From assembly GCA_902803715.1 (NCBI GenBank), contig CADCRA010000141.1, forward strand, positions 2,132 through 66,131: DNA of 64,000 nucleotides, given 5' to 3'. Under the pieces are notes generated by a model. The model was given only the letters and a program-made list of their open reading frames with translations. It ran no database searches and was not told the origin of the DNA. This stretch comes from an uncultured Bacteroidia bacterium. GTDB lineage: Bacteria; Bacteroidota; Bacteroidia; Bacteroidales; UBA932. Below, piece after piece: positions 40,933 to 53,379 of the stretch (positions are counted from its first letter, which is position 1; every line of letters starts with the position of its first letter). The translations under genes were made by a program, and so were the position numbers.

Positions 40933-41961
40933 ATGGCAGTATCTTACGAAAAAGCGGGTGTCAACCTGGAGGCGGGCTACGAAGTGGTGCGCCGGATCAA
41001 GCAGCATGTCGCATCGACGTCCCGTCAAGGCTCGATGGGGAACATCGGTTCCTTCGGCGGCATGTTCGACCTCTCCTGTCTCGGTATCAAGGAACCGGTG
41101 CTGGTCAGCGGTACGGACGGCGTCGGCACGAAACTGAAACTGGCCTTTGCCATGGACAAGCATGACACCATCGGCATCGATGCGGTCGCCATGTGCGTCA
41201 ACGACGTCCTTGCCCAGGGTGCGGAACCGCTCATTTTCCTCGATTATGTCGCCATCGGCCACAACATCCCGGCCAAGGTGGAGGCGATCGTAGCCGGTGT
41301 GGCGGAAGGCTGCCGGCAGGCCGGCTGTGCGCTGGTCGGCGGCGAGACCGCCGAAATGCCAGGCATGTACGGCGACGGCGAATATGACATTGCCGGTTAT
41401 ACCACGGGTGTCGTCGAGAAATCCAAACTGATTGACGGTTCCAAGGTCTCCGTCGGCGACGTGCTGGTCGGCATTGCTTCCACCGGCGTGCATTCCAACG
41501 GATTCAGCCTCGTGCGCAAGATCATCGCGGACGCCGGCCTGTCCCTGGAACAGGAAGTTCCGGAATTCGGCGGCCGCACGCTGGGCGAGGTCCTGCTGAC
41601 CCCGACCCGGATCTATGTCAAGCAGGTGCTGGACGTCATCCGCAACTGCGACGTCCACGGTATCTGCCATGTCACGGGCGGCGGTTTCGACGAGAATCTC
41701 CCGCGTGTCCTGCGGGATGGCCAGGCCATCACGGTCAAGGAAGGCTCTTGGGAGATCCTGCCGGTCTTCCGGATGCTGGAGAAATGGGGCGGTGTCCCGC
41801 ACCGCGAGATGTTCAACATCTTCAACATGGGTATCGGCATGGTCGTCGTCCTGGATGCCGCCGAGGCGGACAAGGCCATCGCCATCCTGGAGAAACACGG
41901 GGAAAAGGCCCAGGTCATCGGCCGGGTCACGGAAGGAAACAAAAATGTAACGATCGAATAA
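40933..41961 (+). CDS. purM: AIR synthase
   Basis: [24 protein letters not shown]. Confidence 0.97.
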   Translation: MAVSYEKAGVNLEAGYEVVRRIKQHVASTSRQGSMGNIGSFGGMFDLSCLGIKEPVLVSGTDGVGTKLKLAFAMDKHDTIGIDAVAMCVNDVLAQGAEPLIFLDYVAIGHNIPAKVEAIVAGVAEGCRQAGCALVGGETAEMPGMYGDGEYDIAGYTTGVVEKSKLIDGSKVSVGDVLVGIASTGVHSNGFSLVRKIIADAGLSLEQEVPEFGGRTLGEVLLTPTRIYVKQVLDVIRNCDVHGICHVTGGGFDENLPRVLRDGQAITVKEGSWEILPVFRMLEKWGGVPHREMFNIFNMGIGMVVVLDAAEADKAIAILEKHGEKAQVIGRVTEGNKNVTIE

Positions 41962-41965
41962 AACA

Positions 41966-43504
<1,539 letters not shown>

Positions 43505-43509
43505 TCGCC

Positions 43510-44826
43510 ATGGGAGTCCTGTATGTATCCCCGGGTTTCCAGCCGGCAGGCAAGGAAATCGATTTCGGCAAGACGAAGGAAAACAAGGTCCTCGTCGTCG
43601 GCGGCGGCGGACGTGAACATGCCATCGTCGATGCGCTTTCCCGTTCGATCTGGGTCAGCAAGATCTATTGCGCCCCCGGCAATGCGGGCATCGCCGCCCA
43701 GGCGGAGTGCGTCCCGATTTCAGACCACGATGTCGAAGGCCTGCTCGCCTTTGCGGAGCAGGAACATATCGACCTGACCGTCGTCGGACCGGAGGCCTCC
43801 CTTTCCGTCGGCATCGTCGACCGCTTCCGTGCGGCCGGCCGGGTCATTTTCGGCCATACGCAGGCTGCGACGCGGATCGAATCCAGCAAGGAATTCGCCA
43901 AGCAGATCATGGAAAAGTACGGGATCCCGACGGCTGCATACCGGAGTTTCACGGATTATGAAGATGCCCGCGCCTATGTGGCCAGCCGTCCTTTCCCGGC
44001 TGTCCTGAAATACGACGGCCTCGCCGCCGGCAAGGGTGTCGTGATTGCCCAGGACCTGGCGGAAGCGGAAGCGGCTTTGAAAGACATGCTGCTGGACAAC
44101 CGTTTCGGCGCCGGAAAAGTCGTCGTCGAGGATTATCTGGAAGGTCCGGAGTTCTCCTTCATGTGCTTCGTGGACGGCGAGCGGATTTATCCGATGCCGC
44201 TGGCCCAGGACCACAAACGGGCTTTCGACCGGGACCTCGGTCCGAACACCGGCGGCATGGGCGCCTACACGGGCCTGCCGTTCATCACGCCGGAAGACCG
44301 TGCTTTCGCACAGGAGTACATCCTGCAGAAGACGGCTTCCGCCATGGTGGCAGAGGGCTGTCCGCTCAGCGGCGTCCTGTATGGCGGCCTGATGAAGACG
44401 CCGGACGGCATCAAGGTCATCGAGTTCAACGCCCGCTTCGGAGATCCGGAAACGGAGGTCGTCCTTCCGTTGTTGGAAAGCGACGCCTTCGATATCTTCC
44501 AGGCCGTCGCTGAAGGGCGGGAAGCGGAGCAGCCGGAATGGTCCGATGACGTGACCATGGGTGTCGTCATGGCTTCCAAGGGGTATCCGGGATCCTATGA
44601 AAAGGGATTCGCCATCGAAGGATTGGACCAGGTCGGCCCGAAGGTGTACCACATGGGTACGAAATGTTCCGACGGTCGGATCGTAACGGCCGGCGGACGT
44701 GTCCTGATGGTTGTCGGCCGGGGTCATGAGATCCACCAGGTCCGTGACTGCGTATATGAAGAAATGGGCAAGATTTCCTGTCCGAACCTGTTCTTCCGGT
44801 CCGACATCGCCCACTGGGCGCTATAA
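43510..44826 (+). CDS. purD: Phosphoribosylamine--glycine ligase
   Basis: GGGGREHA, GLAAGKGV, QDHKR, NTGGMG, RFGDPE. Confidence 0.96.
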   Translation: MGVLYVSPGFQPAGKEIDFGKTKENKVLVVGGGGREHAIVDALSRSIWVSKIYCAPGNAGIAAQAECVPISDHDVEGLLAFAEQEHIDLTVVGPEASLSVGIVDRFRAAGRVIFGHTQAATRIESSKEFAKQIMEKYGIPTAAYRSFTDYEDARAYVASRPFPAVLKYDGLAAGKGVVIAQDLAEAEAALKDMLLDNRFGAGKVVVEDYLEGPEFSFMCFVDGERIYPMPLAQDHKRAFDRDLGPNTGGMGAYTGLPFITPEDRAFAQEYILQKTASAMVAEGCPLSGVLYGGLMKTPDGIKVIEFNARFGDPETEVVLPLLESDAFDIFQAVAEGREAEQPEWSDDVTMGVVMASKGYPGSYEKGFAIEGLDQVGPKVYHMGTKCSDGRIVTAGGRVLMVVGRGHEIHQVRDCVYEEMGKISCPNLFFRSDIAHWAL

Positions 44827-45225
44827 CCGGGTGATATAATACGAGTACTGAGGCCGTCCCTGCGCATCGGATTCATCGATGAAGGCGATGGCCTCGGTTT
44901 TTTTCTGCGCTCCGGCGGCGCCATCCCAGTAATTCCGCCAGGCTTCTTCCGCAGCGGAAAGCGGCCGACGGAACCAGAACCGCCGTTCCCGGGCCGGGAA
45001 ACGCCGGACGGTAAACCGGCCCAGCGGCAGGGAATACCGCTTGACGGTTGCATCACCGTTTTCCACCAGGACGCCCTGTCGTTCGAAGACGGCGGGCAGT
45101 TTTGCGATCAATCCGCGGATTTTTTCATATGCCGGGTTGATCTCGATCTTGTATCGCTTGTCGTTCCCGCGCATCTGCGAGATATAGCCGGTCTGTTCCG
45201 GCATCTGGAGTGTGAGCTGTTTCAT
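44821..45225 (-). CDS. Short protein resembling the N-lobe of Bacteroidetes Kdo/InaA-type LPS kinases (possible remnant)
   Basis: INPAYE..LPAVFE..G, AIAFIDE..YSYYIT; no catalytic C-lobe. Confidence 0.5.
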   Translation of the reverse strand: MKQLTLQMPEQTGYISQMRGNDKRYKIEINPAYEKIRGLIAKLPAVFERQGVLVENGDATVKRYSLPLGRFTVRRFPARERRFWFRRPLSAAEEAWRNYWDGAAGAQKKTEAIAFIDESDAQGRPQYSYYITRL

Positions 45226-45395
45226 ATCCTTATCCGTTTACAGGAGCAAAGGTACGCGGCTTGCTCCTGTTCCGGAAATCAGAGTCACCGGGACGGACGG
45301 ATTGTGACGAAAACGCCTGTTCCGGGACAAAATGGCCGGAATCAGGGACGAATTCCAAATAATTCTTATCTTTGTCCCAGTAACCCCGTGACGGA

Positions 45396-46202
45396 ATGAA
45401 ACCAATATCCAAGCAATTCATGAGCATGCCGGCCTGTATCCTGTACAGTCTGGTCATCCCGCTGTTCTTTTTTGCCTTTACGCTGATATACACGGCATTG
45501 GACATCCATCCTTTCCTGGACATGGGAGCGGGACGCTTTTCGTTCAACGTGACGTTGCTGACCTGCATCGTCTTCGGCAGCGTCGCCCTGTGCCGCCTGG
45601 TCTTGTATTTCCTGCGGAACGTCATCCGGATGAACCTTTCGCTGCTGATCCTCTGGTGCATCGGAGAGATTGTCATCCTGTCCGCCTTCTGCGCCCTGTA
45701 CATGACCCTGATGCTGCGCGGCAGCCAGTCCTATTTTTCCGTGCTGGCGTTTTTCCTGAAATACAACCTGCTGGTCCTGGTCTATCCCTATGCGCTGCTG
45801 ATCCTGTCGCAGTATCTGCGTTCTTATCTGCGGGATGCCGCCGCGCCGGAGGAGCAGAAGACCCTCGTCCGCTTCCTGGATGAATACAAGAAGGTGCGGC
45901 TGGTCATCGACCGGCAGGCCATCCTCTTCATCCGTGCGGATGAAAACTATGTCATCATCCATTATCTGGATCATGACGAGAACAAGAAATTCGTGCTGCG
46001 TTCTTCGATGCGTTCGCTCGAACCCCTCGCCGAGCGTCACGGCCTGGTGCGCTGCCACCGGTCCTATTTCATCAACCCCCGGCACATCAAACTGGTCCGG
46101 AAGGATTCCGAAGGCCAGATATTGGCAGAACTGGACACCGTCGGATATGATCCGATTCCGGTGTCCAGAAACTATTATCAGAATCTTTCCGCGGTTCTTT
46201 AG
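45396..46202 (+). CDS. Membrane-anchored LytTR transcriptional regulator
   Basis: About 4 TM helices, then [20 protein letters not shown]. Confidence 0.9.
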   Translation: MKPISKQFMSMPACILYSLVIPLFFFAFTLIYTALDIHPFLDMGAGRFSFNVTLLTCIVFGSVALCRLVLYFLRNVIRMNLSLLILWCIGEIVILSAFCALYMTLMLRGSQSYFSVLAFFLKYNLLVLVYPYALLILSQYLRSYLRDAAAPEEQKTLVRFLDEYKKVRLVIDRQAILFIRADENYVIIHYLDHDENKKFVLRSSMRSLEPLAERHGLVRCHRSYFINPRHIKLVRKDSEGQILAELDTVGYDPIPVSRNYYQNLSAVL

Positions 46203-47389
46203 CGCGGGAGGATGGTTACGCCGAGTTTCGCATAGGCCCTCTCCGCTTTGGCGATGGCTTTTTCGATGCTCTCGTCCCGGGCCAGGATGACGCCGTAGCG
46301 ACGGTGTCCCTTGACTTCCGGTTTGCCGAAAATGCGGATCTGCACATCTTCTTCCGCCAGGACCTCTTCCAGGTTGCTGAATACGACCTTGTCGGTATCG
46401 CCTTCGACGACGATGGCTTTCGACGCGCTCGGCCCGAACAGGCGGATGGCCGGAATCGGAAGACCGAGGATGGCGCGGGCGTGCAGGGCGAACTCGCTCA
46501 GATCCTGGGAGATCATGGTCACCATACCCGTATCGTGCGGGCGGGGGGAGACTTCGCTGAAGATGACATCCTCACCCTTGACGAACATTTCGACGCCGAA
46601 GATGCCGCGGCCGCCGAGGGCGCTGGTGATTTTGATGGCGATTTCGCGTGCTTTCTCGATGGCGGAAGGGGACATCGGCTGCGGCTGCCAGGATTCACGG
46701 TAGTCACCGTCGACTTGGTGGTGGCCAATGGGCTCGAGGGTCGTCGTTCCGCCGATGTGGCGGACCGTCAGCATCGTGATCTCATAATCGAAATTGACGA
46801 AGCCTTCGACGATGACGCGGCCGGCGCCGGCCCGTCCGCCTTCCTGGGCGGTATGCCAGGCCTGGTCGATGTCTTCCGCCTTCTTGATCGTGCTCTGGCC
46901 GTGGCCGGACGAACTCATGATCGGTTTGACGACGCAAGGAATGCCGACGGCGTCGATGGCCGCACGGAATTCTTCATAGTTGTCGGCAAAGCGGTACGTT
47001 GCCGTCGGCAGGCCGAGTTCTTCGGCGGCCAGGCGGCGGATGCCTTCCCGGTTCATGGTCAGCAGCGTCGCCTTCGCAGTCGGGATGACATTGTAGCCTT
47101 CCTTCTCCAGTTCGACCAGGGTCGGCGTGGCGATGGCTTCTACCTCAGGAATGATGTAATCCGGTTTTTCCAGTTCGATGACCCGGCGGAGTTCCGCTCC
47201 GTCGAGCATGTTGATGACATGGCAGCGATGGGCTACCTGCATGGCCGGTGCATTGGCGTAGCGGTCTACAGCAATGACTTCGATACCATAACGTTGAAGT
47301 TCGATGACAACTTCTTTTCCAAGTTCGCCGGAACCGCAGAGAAGGGCTTTTTTGGCGACGGAGGTAAGGGGTGAACCGAGCTGAAGCAT
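46199..47389 (-). CDS. purT: Formate-dependent GAR transformylase
   Basis: [27 protein letters not shown]. Confidence 0.96.
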   Translation of the reverse strand: MLQLGSPLTSVAKKALLCGSGELGKEVVIELQRYGIEVIAVDRYANAPAMQVAHRCHVINMLDGAELRRVIELEKPDYIIPEVEAIATPTLVELEKEGYNVIPTAKATLLTMNREGIRRLAAEELGLPTATYRFADNYEEFRAAIDAVGIPCVVKPIMSSSGHGQSTIKKAEDIDQAWHTAQEGGRAGAGRVIVEGFVNFDYEITMLTVRHIGGTTTLEPIGHHQVDGDYRESWQPQPMSPSAIEKAREIAIKITSALGGRGIFGVEMFVKGEDVIFSEVSPRPHDTGMVTMISQDLSEFALHARAILGLPIPAIRLFGPSASKAIVVEGDTDKVVFSNLEEVLAEEDVQIRIFGKPEVKGHRRYGVILARDESIEKAIAKAERAYAKLGVTILPR

Positions 47390-47524
47390 ATGTTTTTTTT
47401 ATTTCATGCAAAGATAATCAAAATAACCTGAATATACAGCCGTCCTCCGGAGAATCTGCGTCCCTTCCGTTGCATTTTTCCGCCGGATTGCGTACCTTGC
47501 ATCTGGTATTCTAAACCTTTGCAG

Positions 47525-48769
47525 ATGAAAGAACAGATTCTCATCCGTATCAGCGGGCAGGACCGGGTCGGCCTGACCGCCGCCGTCATGTCTATCCTGG
47601 CCCGCTACGATGCGCAGATCCTCGACATCGGCCAGGCGGACATCCACAGTTCCCTTTCGCTTGGCATCCTGATCCGGATTTCGGAAGAGCATTCCGGACA
47701 GGTCATGAAAGAATTGCTGTTCAAGGCGACGGAGATGAATGTCAACATCGGATTCGAACCGGTTTCGGACGACGAGTACGAGGCCTGGGTGGGCAGACAG
47801 GGCAAGAACCGTTTCATCCTGACCCTGATCGGCCGGAGCCTTTCCGCCCGCCAGATCGAGGCGGCCGCCAAGGTGGCGACGGTACAGGGACTCAACATCG
47901 ATTCCATCCGACGGCTGACCGGCCGCATGAGCCTTCGCAATCCGGCTGCGAAGAACGTCCGCGCCTGCATCGAGTTCTCCCTGCGCGGTACGCCCGTGAA
48001 CCGGGAAGCCATGCAAGCCGAACTGATGCACCTGTCTGCGGAAATGGGATTCGATTTCTCCCTGCAGAAAGACGACATGTACCGGCGGATGCGCCGCCTG
48101 ATCTGCTTCGACATGGACTCCACCCTGATCCAGACCGAATGTATCGACGAACTGGCCGAGCGGGCCGGCGTCGGGGACCAGGTCCGGGCCATCACCGAAT
48201 CCGCCATGCGGGGCGAGATCGATTTCAAGGAAAGTTTCACCCGCCGGGTCGCCCTGCTCAAGGGCCTGGATGCTTCTGTCATGCAGGAGATTGCCGAACA
48301 TCTGCCGGTAACCGAAGGCGTGGACCGGCTCATGTCGGTGCTGAAGACCTGCGGTTACAAGATCGCGATCCTGAGCGGCGGTTTCACCTTCTTCGGCGAA
48401 TATATCCAGAAACGATACGGCATCGACTATGTCTATGCCAACGAACTGGAAATCGGTGACGACGGCAAACTGACCGGGCGGTATGTCGGCGAGATCGTCG
48501 ACGGCCGGCGGAAAGCGGACCTGCTGAAACTGATCGCCCAGATGGAGAAGGTCAACATGGCCCAGACCATTGCCGTGGGCGACGGGGCCAATGACCTGCC
48601 GATGCTGTCGGAAGCCGGTCTGGGCATCGCGTTCCATGCCAAGCCGCGGGTCGCGGCCAATGCCAGGCAGTCCATCAATACCGTCGGCATCGACGGCGTC
48701 TTGTATTTCCTGGGATTCAAGGACAGCCACCTCGGCGAGCAGGGTATCCTACAGGCAGTCCAGCATTGA
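47525..48769 (+). CDS. serB: Phosphoserine phosphatase with ACT domains
   Basis: FDMDST, SGGF, GDGANDL. Confidence 0.95.
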   Translation: MKEQILIRISGQDRVGLTAAVMSILARYDAQILDIGQADIHSSLSLGILIRISEEHSGQVMKELLFKATEMNVNIGFEPVSDDEYEAWVGRQGKNRFILTLIGRSLSARQIEAAAKVATVQGLNIDSIRRLTGRMSLRNPAAKNVRACIEFSLRGTPVNREAMQAELMHLSAEMGFDFSLQKDDMYRRMRRLICFDMDSTLIQTECIDELAERAGVGDQVRAITESAMRGEIDFKESFTRRVALLKGLDASVMQEIAEHLPVTEGVDRLMSVLKTCGYKIAILSGGFTFFGEYIQKRYGIDYVYANELEIGDDGKLTGRYVGEIVDGRRKADLLKLIAQMEKVNMAQTIAVGDGANDLPMLSEAGLGIAFHAKPRVAANARQSINTVGIDGVLYFLGFKDSHLGEQGILQAVQH

Positions 48770-49741
48770 TTCGAACAGACGGGGTTTCCCGTACCGGTCC
48801 AGTTCCTGTTCCGGAATCCAGCGGTATCCTTCCGGCAGGACCGGCTTTTCAGTTGTCTCCAGCAAGTAGAAATCGGCCACGATGGTCCGGTGGGTCAACT
48901 GGTGCCGGACACCGCGGCGCAGGAGTGTCAGCCTGCCTTCCAGTTGCCCGGGTTCTTCGCATGAAAGGGGCTCCCAGAGTCCCTGCCAGATATCGCCGGC
49001 CTCCCGCCGGCGGATGGCGGTTTCTCCCTGGCAGCGCAGATAGACCCAGGTCAGGGTACGGGTCTGGACCTTCGCCGGTGCTTTCTTGACGGGCAGCCGG
49101 TCGACGCGTCCGGTCCGCAGGGCGTCGCAGGTGCCGGCCAGCGGACATTCCGGGCAGGAAGGGGAGAGCGGCGTACATTGCAGGGCGCCGAAATCCATCA
49201 TCCCCTGGTTGAATTCCGCCGGCTGGGAATCCGGCAGCAGGCTCTGCGCCAGGTCTCCGAATTCCTTTTTGGCTGCCGTGGTGCCGACGGTGGTCGCGAT
49301 GCCGTAATGCCGCGCGAGAACCCGGTATACATTGCCGTCGACGACGGCGGCGGGAATGCCGAAAGCGATGGAGGCGATGGCCGCTGCCGTATAGTCCCCG
49401 ACGCCTTTGAGCGACCGGATGCCAGCCAGGTCCGTCGGAAATCCGCCCCGGGCGACAATCTGTCCGGCCGCCGCATGCAGGTTCCGGGCGCGGCTGTAAT
49501 AGCCGAGGCCCTGCCAGAGCCGCATGACCTGGTCTTCCGGCGCTGCCGCCAGGTCCTCCACGGTCGGGAAAGCGGTCATGAACCGCTCCCAATAGGCCGG
49601 CCCCTGTGCGATCCGGGTCTGCTGGAGGATGATCTCACTGAGCCAGATGGCATACGGATCCTTCGTCCTGCGCCAGGGCAGGTCGCGTCCGTTCTCGGCG
49701 TACCACCGCAGGATCGTATCGGTAAAATGCTTATCCTTCAT
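48749..49741 (-). CDS. mutY: A/G-specific adenine glycosylase
   Basis: LPWR, SEIILQQT, GYYSRA, VDGNV, Fe-S motif CTPLSPSCPECPLAGTC. Confidence 0.95.
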   Translation of the reverse strand: MKDKHFTDTILRWYAENGRDLPWRRTKDPYAIWLSEIILQQTRIAQGPAYWERFMTAFPTVEDLAAAPEDQVMRLWQGLGYYSRARNLHAAAGQIVARGGFPTDLAGIRSLKGVGDYTAAAIASIAFGIPAAVVDGNVYRVLARHYGIATTVGTTAAKKEFGDLAQSLLPDSQPAEFNQGMMDFGALQCTPLSPSCPECPLAGTCDALRTGRVDRLPVKKAPAKVQTRTLTWVYLRCQGETAIRRREAGDIWQGLWEPLSCEEPGQLEGRLTLLRRGVRHQLTHRTIVADFYLLETTEKPVLPEGYRWIPEQELDRYGKPRLFESMLDCL

Positions 49742-50723
49742 TGTCTTCCGCATCCTGGATTCCTTCGACGACATAGCGGACGAACAGGTCGCAGGCCTCT
49801 TCTTCCGTGTCCATTTCGAAGATCTCGCCGAGTTCTCCCTTTTCGACCGAATAGACCCACCAGCTTCCTCCGGAGGCTTCGATGTTCCAGTTGCAGGCGA
49901 TGCCGTTCCGGTCCCGGTACCAGCCTTCCAGGTATTGTTTCCGTCCCCGTTTGTACAGCAGGGCGCGGACCAGGATGACTTCGTCCCGGTACAGTTGCCG
50001 GAAATGCTCCGGAAGATCCCGGACCGTCAGACCCCGGGTGTCGATGTCCGGCTTGCCGGCTTCGAATAGGTCGTTGAACTCTTCCGGCGTCACCGGCTGT
50101 TCGTTCTTTCCGTCATAACCGAGCAGACCTTCGGATTTGAAGGAATACTTGCGGATGTCGAAGGCGTTGACCATGTCGAGGGACCGTTCGGTGATGTTGC
50201 CGACCTGCTCGGAATAATAGATGTCATAGTCGCCGGAACCGCGGAAATGCCGGACGACGTCTTCGGCCCGGTGGCGGCGGATGATCTCCATGGTCCTGCC
50301 CTGGAATTCCCGGAGCATGGCGACCGTGGTCCGGTGCCAGTCGAATTCGAGGTACAGGCGCATGGCCAGCGGCCCTTCCATCTCGCGCCAGTCGCTCCGG
50401 GTGAGGGGAGCGGTCCGCTGCAAGTCGGCGACCAGATCCCGGATCTCGCGGTCCAGCGCCTCCAGGTCTTCCGGCTCCTGCGGGCAGGGAACATTCAGTG
50501 AGACCGTCAGCAGCAGTCCCGGGTCTTTCTTGCGAAACAGGGAATAGAAGAACCAGATGTGTCCGACCTCCTTGATGCACTGGTCGAGGGCGCACAGGTC
50601 ATGGTCGGCGGGAATGGCTGCCATCAACCGCGGAAATTCCTGCCGCTTCCGTATAAAAAGAAACCTTGACAGCACGATCGCCACGCCAAGGATCAAGAAG
50701 GCTGCCAAGATAACGGATTTCAT
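49731..50723 (-). CDS. Hypothetical membrane-anchored protein
   Basis: N-terminal TM helix; fills the gap between tRNA and mutY. Confidence 0.7.
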   Translation of the reverse strand: MKSVILAAFLILGVAIVLSRFLFIRKRQEFPRLMAAIPADHDLCALDQCIKEVGHIWFFYSLFRKKDPGLLLTVSLNVPCPQEPEDLEALDREIRDLVADLQRTAPLTRSDWREMEGPLAMRLYLEFDWHRTTVAMLREFQGRTMEIIRRHRAEDVVRHFRGSGDYDIYYSEQVGNITERSLDMVNAFDIRKYSFKSEGLLGYDGKNEQPVTPEEFNDLFEAGKPDIDTRGLTVRDLPEHFRQLYRDEVILVRALLYKRGRKQYLEGWYRDRNGIACNWNIEASGGSWWVYSVEKGELGEIFEMDTEEEACDLFVRYVVEGIQDAEDNEG

Positions 50724-50738
50724 GGTTTGTATGGGTTG

Positions 50739-50811
50739 TGGAGCATAGGGGGGTCGAACCCCTGACCTCCAGATTGCGAACCTGGCGCTCTACCAACTGA
50801 GCTAATACCCC
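50739..50811 (-). tRNA. tRNA-Ala(CGC)
   Basis: GGGGTATTAGCTCAGTTGGTAGAGCGCCAGGTT-CGC-AATCTGGAGGTCAGGGGTTCGACCCCCCTATGCTCCA; G3:U70 pair; CCA not encoded. Confidence 0.96.
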
Positions 50812-50822
50812 AAAAGCGGGTG

Positions 50823-50879
50823 CAAAGATAATAAACCCTGCCCGAAATCGGAAATTTTTTCGGAAAAATGTTATTTTTG
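50823..50879. promoter_or_regulatory. Divergent -7 promoter elements (tRNA and DUF5686 gene)
   Basis: caaagata 50823-50830 (minus strand) and TATTTTTG 50872-50879 (plus strand). Confidence 0.6.
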
Positions 50880-50907
50880 TATGATTGATTGGAGAAGTGG
50901 TTGCACG

Positions 50908-53379
50908 ATGAAGCGTTTTATCTGTCATACTGCACTGATACTGGCCTTCTTGCTGCTGTTTCCGCCGCTGCTTGCTGCGCAGGTGACCAAGGTCCGCGGG
51001 CAAGTGGTTGATGCGGACACCGGTGAGCCGGTCCCTTTTGCAGGCGTTTATTTCGACGGAACGACCATCGGCATCTCCACGGATCTGGACGGCCGCTACT
51101 CCATCGAAACCCGCGCTCCCGAGGCGAAACGCCTGACCGCCCATCTGCTCGGCTACGCACCGCAGTCGGTCGATGTCCAGCCCGGGGCCTTCTCGGAAAT
51201 CAATTTCCGGCTGAAACCGGAGCGGAACGACTTGACAGCCTCCGTCGTCAAGCCGGACAACCGGCGCCTGAAGCGTTTCCTGGACGAATTGGACCGGCGC
51301 CGCAAGCAACATGATCCGGCCAACTATCCGGCCTGGTCTTCCCGCTTGTACTCCAAGATCGAGATGGATGCGACCCACGCCGAATCCTTGATATCCAATT
51401 CTTTCCTGCAGAACACCTTTGCCCCGATCCTCTCGTTCCGGGATACTTCTTCCGTGACGGGCGAGACCTATATCCCCATCATGATCTCCGAGACGGTATC
51501 GGACCAGTACCATTCGCTGGATCCTTCCGTCGACCGCGAAGTCATCCGCGCCAACCGGATCTCCGGCATCGATCCCGACAACCTGCTGACCCAGTTTACC
51601 GGCGTCTATCTGTTCAAGCCGGATTTTTACAAGAACAACCTGAGCCTGTTCAGCCTGCAGATCCCTTCTCCCGCCTCTTCCTACGGGCACGCGTTCTACA
51701 ATTATTTCCTGGTGGACAGTCTCATGGTCGACGGGCGGAAAACCTATACCCTGCGCTTCCATCCCAAGAAAGCCGTGACATCCCCGGCTCTCGACGGGCA
51801 GTTGGACATTGATGCGGAAGACTATGCCATCCGGTCCGCCCATGTCCGCCTGGCCGGATCGTCGAATGTCAACTGGATCCGGCACATCAATATCGAAGTC
51901 GTCAACCGGCGGCTGCCGTCCGGAAAATGGTTCCCGCAGGATGAGAATGTGTTCATCGATTTTTCCATGGCCCTGGACGACAGCGCCAAGGTCATCTCCT
52001 TCCTGGGCAACCGGAACATCCGGTATGAGGAGCCGGATTGGGACCCTGTCCTGCCGCCCGAGACGCTGAAAAGCGGAGACCCCGTCCTGCTGCGCCACCG
52101 GGCCGACACGGACTGGAACCAGCTCCGTCCGTATCCGCTCTCGCCCCGGGAGGAAGGCATCTTCACGGCAGTCGACATGATCCAGCAGACGCCCGGCTAC
52201 AAGGCTATGTATGCCATCGCGCGGACCATGGCCGTCGGCTATGTCGAACCGGTCGGCAAGCCGGTCGGATTCGGCCCTTGGATCCGGACGGTCTCCTATA
52301 ACGGAACGGAGGGCCTGCATCTGGGCCTGGGCTTCCGGACGACGAAAGATTTCAGCGAAAAAGTGCGTTTGCGCGGTTCGCTGGGATACGGTTTCAAGGA
52401 TCGGAAAGTCAAGTGGAATGCCGGTGCGGAATGGATCCTTCGGCGGGACAAGACGCGGAAACTGAGCATTTATGCCGGCATGGACGACGAGCAGCTGGGC
52501 CGCGGCAGCGGCATTTTCGCCCGGAACAACATTTTCAGTTCCCTGGCTTCCAGCCATGGCAACGACCGCCACAGTTTCCTGCGGGAGTACAAACTTTCGT
52601 ATGAACATGAGTTCTCCCCGTCTTTCACCAGCTGGTTCATCGCCGAATCCCGGCGGATCTTTGCCAATGACCTGGTGCCCCTGCACCTGCGGGACGGAGG
52701 AGACCTTGTCTCCGTGTCCGCCAACCAGTTGCATTATACGGCCCGGCTTTCCTGGCAGGAGAAAATCAACCGCGGCGTCTTCGACAAGTCTTTCATCTAT
52801 ACGCGCTACCCGATCATCGAGTGGAACTGGGTCACCGGCTTGAGCGGGATTACGGATGATGATTTCCGCTTCAACCGGACCGAACTTTCCATTGACTGGA
52901 GCCTTTCCGCAGGACCGCTCGGCTTCGGGTTCCTTCATGCGGACGGCGGCATCATCTGGGGCGAGGTCCCGTATCCGCTGCTGAAACTGCACGAAGGGAA
53001 CGAAGGTTTCATCCTGGACAAATCCTGTTTCGCCTGCATGAATTATTTCGAGTTCGCCTCCGACCGCTGGGCGACCCTTTCCTACGAGCACAATTTCAAC
53101 GGACTGATCCTGGGCGTGCTGCCGCTGGTTGGCCGTTGGGACTGGCGGGAGGTCGTTTCGGTCAAGTCTGTCTTCGGTACCTTGACTCCGCAGAACGGGT
53201 CTGAAAGCCGTTATCTGCCGATCGAAGGACTGAGCAGCCTGGACGGCGCCCCTTACGTCGAGGCGTCTGCCGGCATTTCGAATATTTTCCGGATTTTCAG
53301 GGTGGACGCCAACTGGCGGCTGACCCACCGGGACAGGAATCCGTTCCGGGTCACGATGGGCGTGGACATCCAGTTCTAA
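50908..53379 (+). CDS. DUF5686-type outer-membrane protein with carboxypeptidase-regulatory-like N-domain
   Basis: G.VVDADTGEPVPFA, YN..EG, PY.E..G..NIF..FRVD, C-terminal F. Confidence 0.8.
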   Translation: MKRFICHTALILAFLLLFPPLLAAQVTKVRGQVVDADTGEPVPFAGVYFDGTTIGISTDLDGRYSIETRAPEAKRLTAHLLGYAPQSVDVQPGAFSEINFRLKPERNDLTASVVKPDNRRLKRFLDELDRRRKQHDPANYPAWSSRLYSKIEMDATHAESLISNSFLQNTFAPILSFRDTSSVTGETYIPIMISETVSDQYHSLDPSVDREVIRANRISGIDPDNLLTQFTGVYLFKPDFYKNNLSLFSLQIPSPASSYGHAFYNYFLVDSLMVDGRKTYTLRFHPKKAVTSPALDGQLDIDAEDYAIRSAHVRLAGSSNVNWIRHINIEVVNRRLPSGKWFPQDENVFIDFSMALDDSAKVISFLGNRNIRYEEPDWDPVLPPETLKSGDPVLLRHRADTDWNQLRPYPLSPREEGIFTAVDMIQQTPGYKAMYAIARTMAVGYVEPVGKPVGFGPWIRTVSYNGTEGLHLGLGFRTTKDFSEKVRLRGSLGYGFKDRKVKWNAGAEWILRRDKTRKLSIYAGMDDEQLGRGSGIFARNNIFSSLASSHGNDRHSFLREYKLSYEHEFSPSFTSWFIAESRRIFANDLVPLHLRDGGDLVSVSANQLHYTARLSWQEKINRGVFDKSFIYTRYPIIEWNWVTGLSGITDDDFRFNRTELSIDWSLSAGPLGFGFLHADGGIIWGEVPYPLLKLHEGNEGFILDKSCFACMNYFEFASDRWATLSYEHNFNGLILGVLPLVGRWDWREVVSVKSVFGTLTPQNGSESRYLPIEGLSSLDGAPYVEASAGISNIFRIFRVDANWRLTHRDRNPFRVTMGVDIQF

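Noticed and set aside
50739-50811. Prophage or ICE integrated at tRNA-Ala
   Set aside because: No integrase, and no duplicated tRNA 3' end noticed in the window
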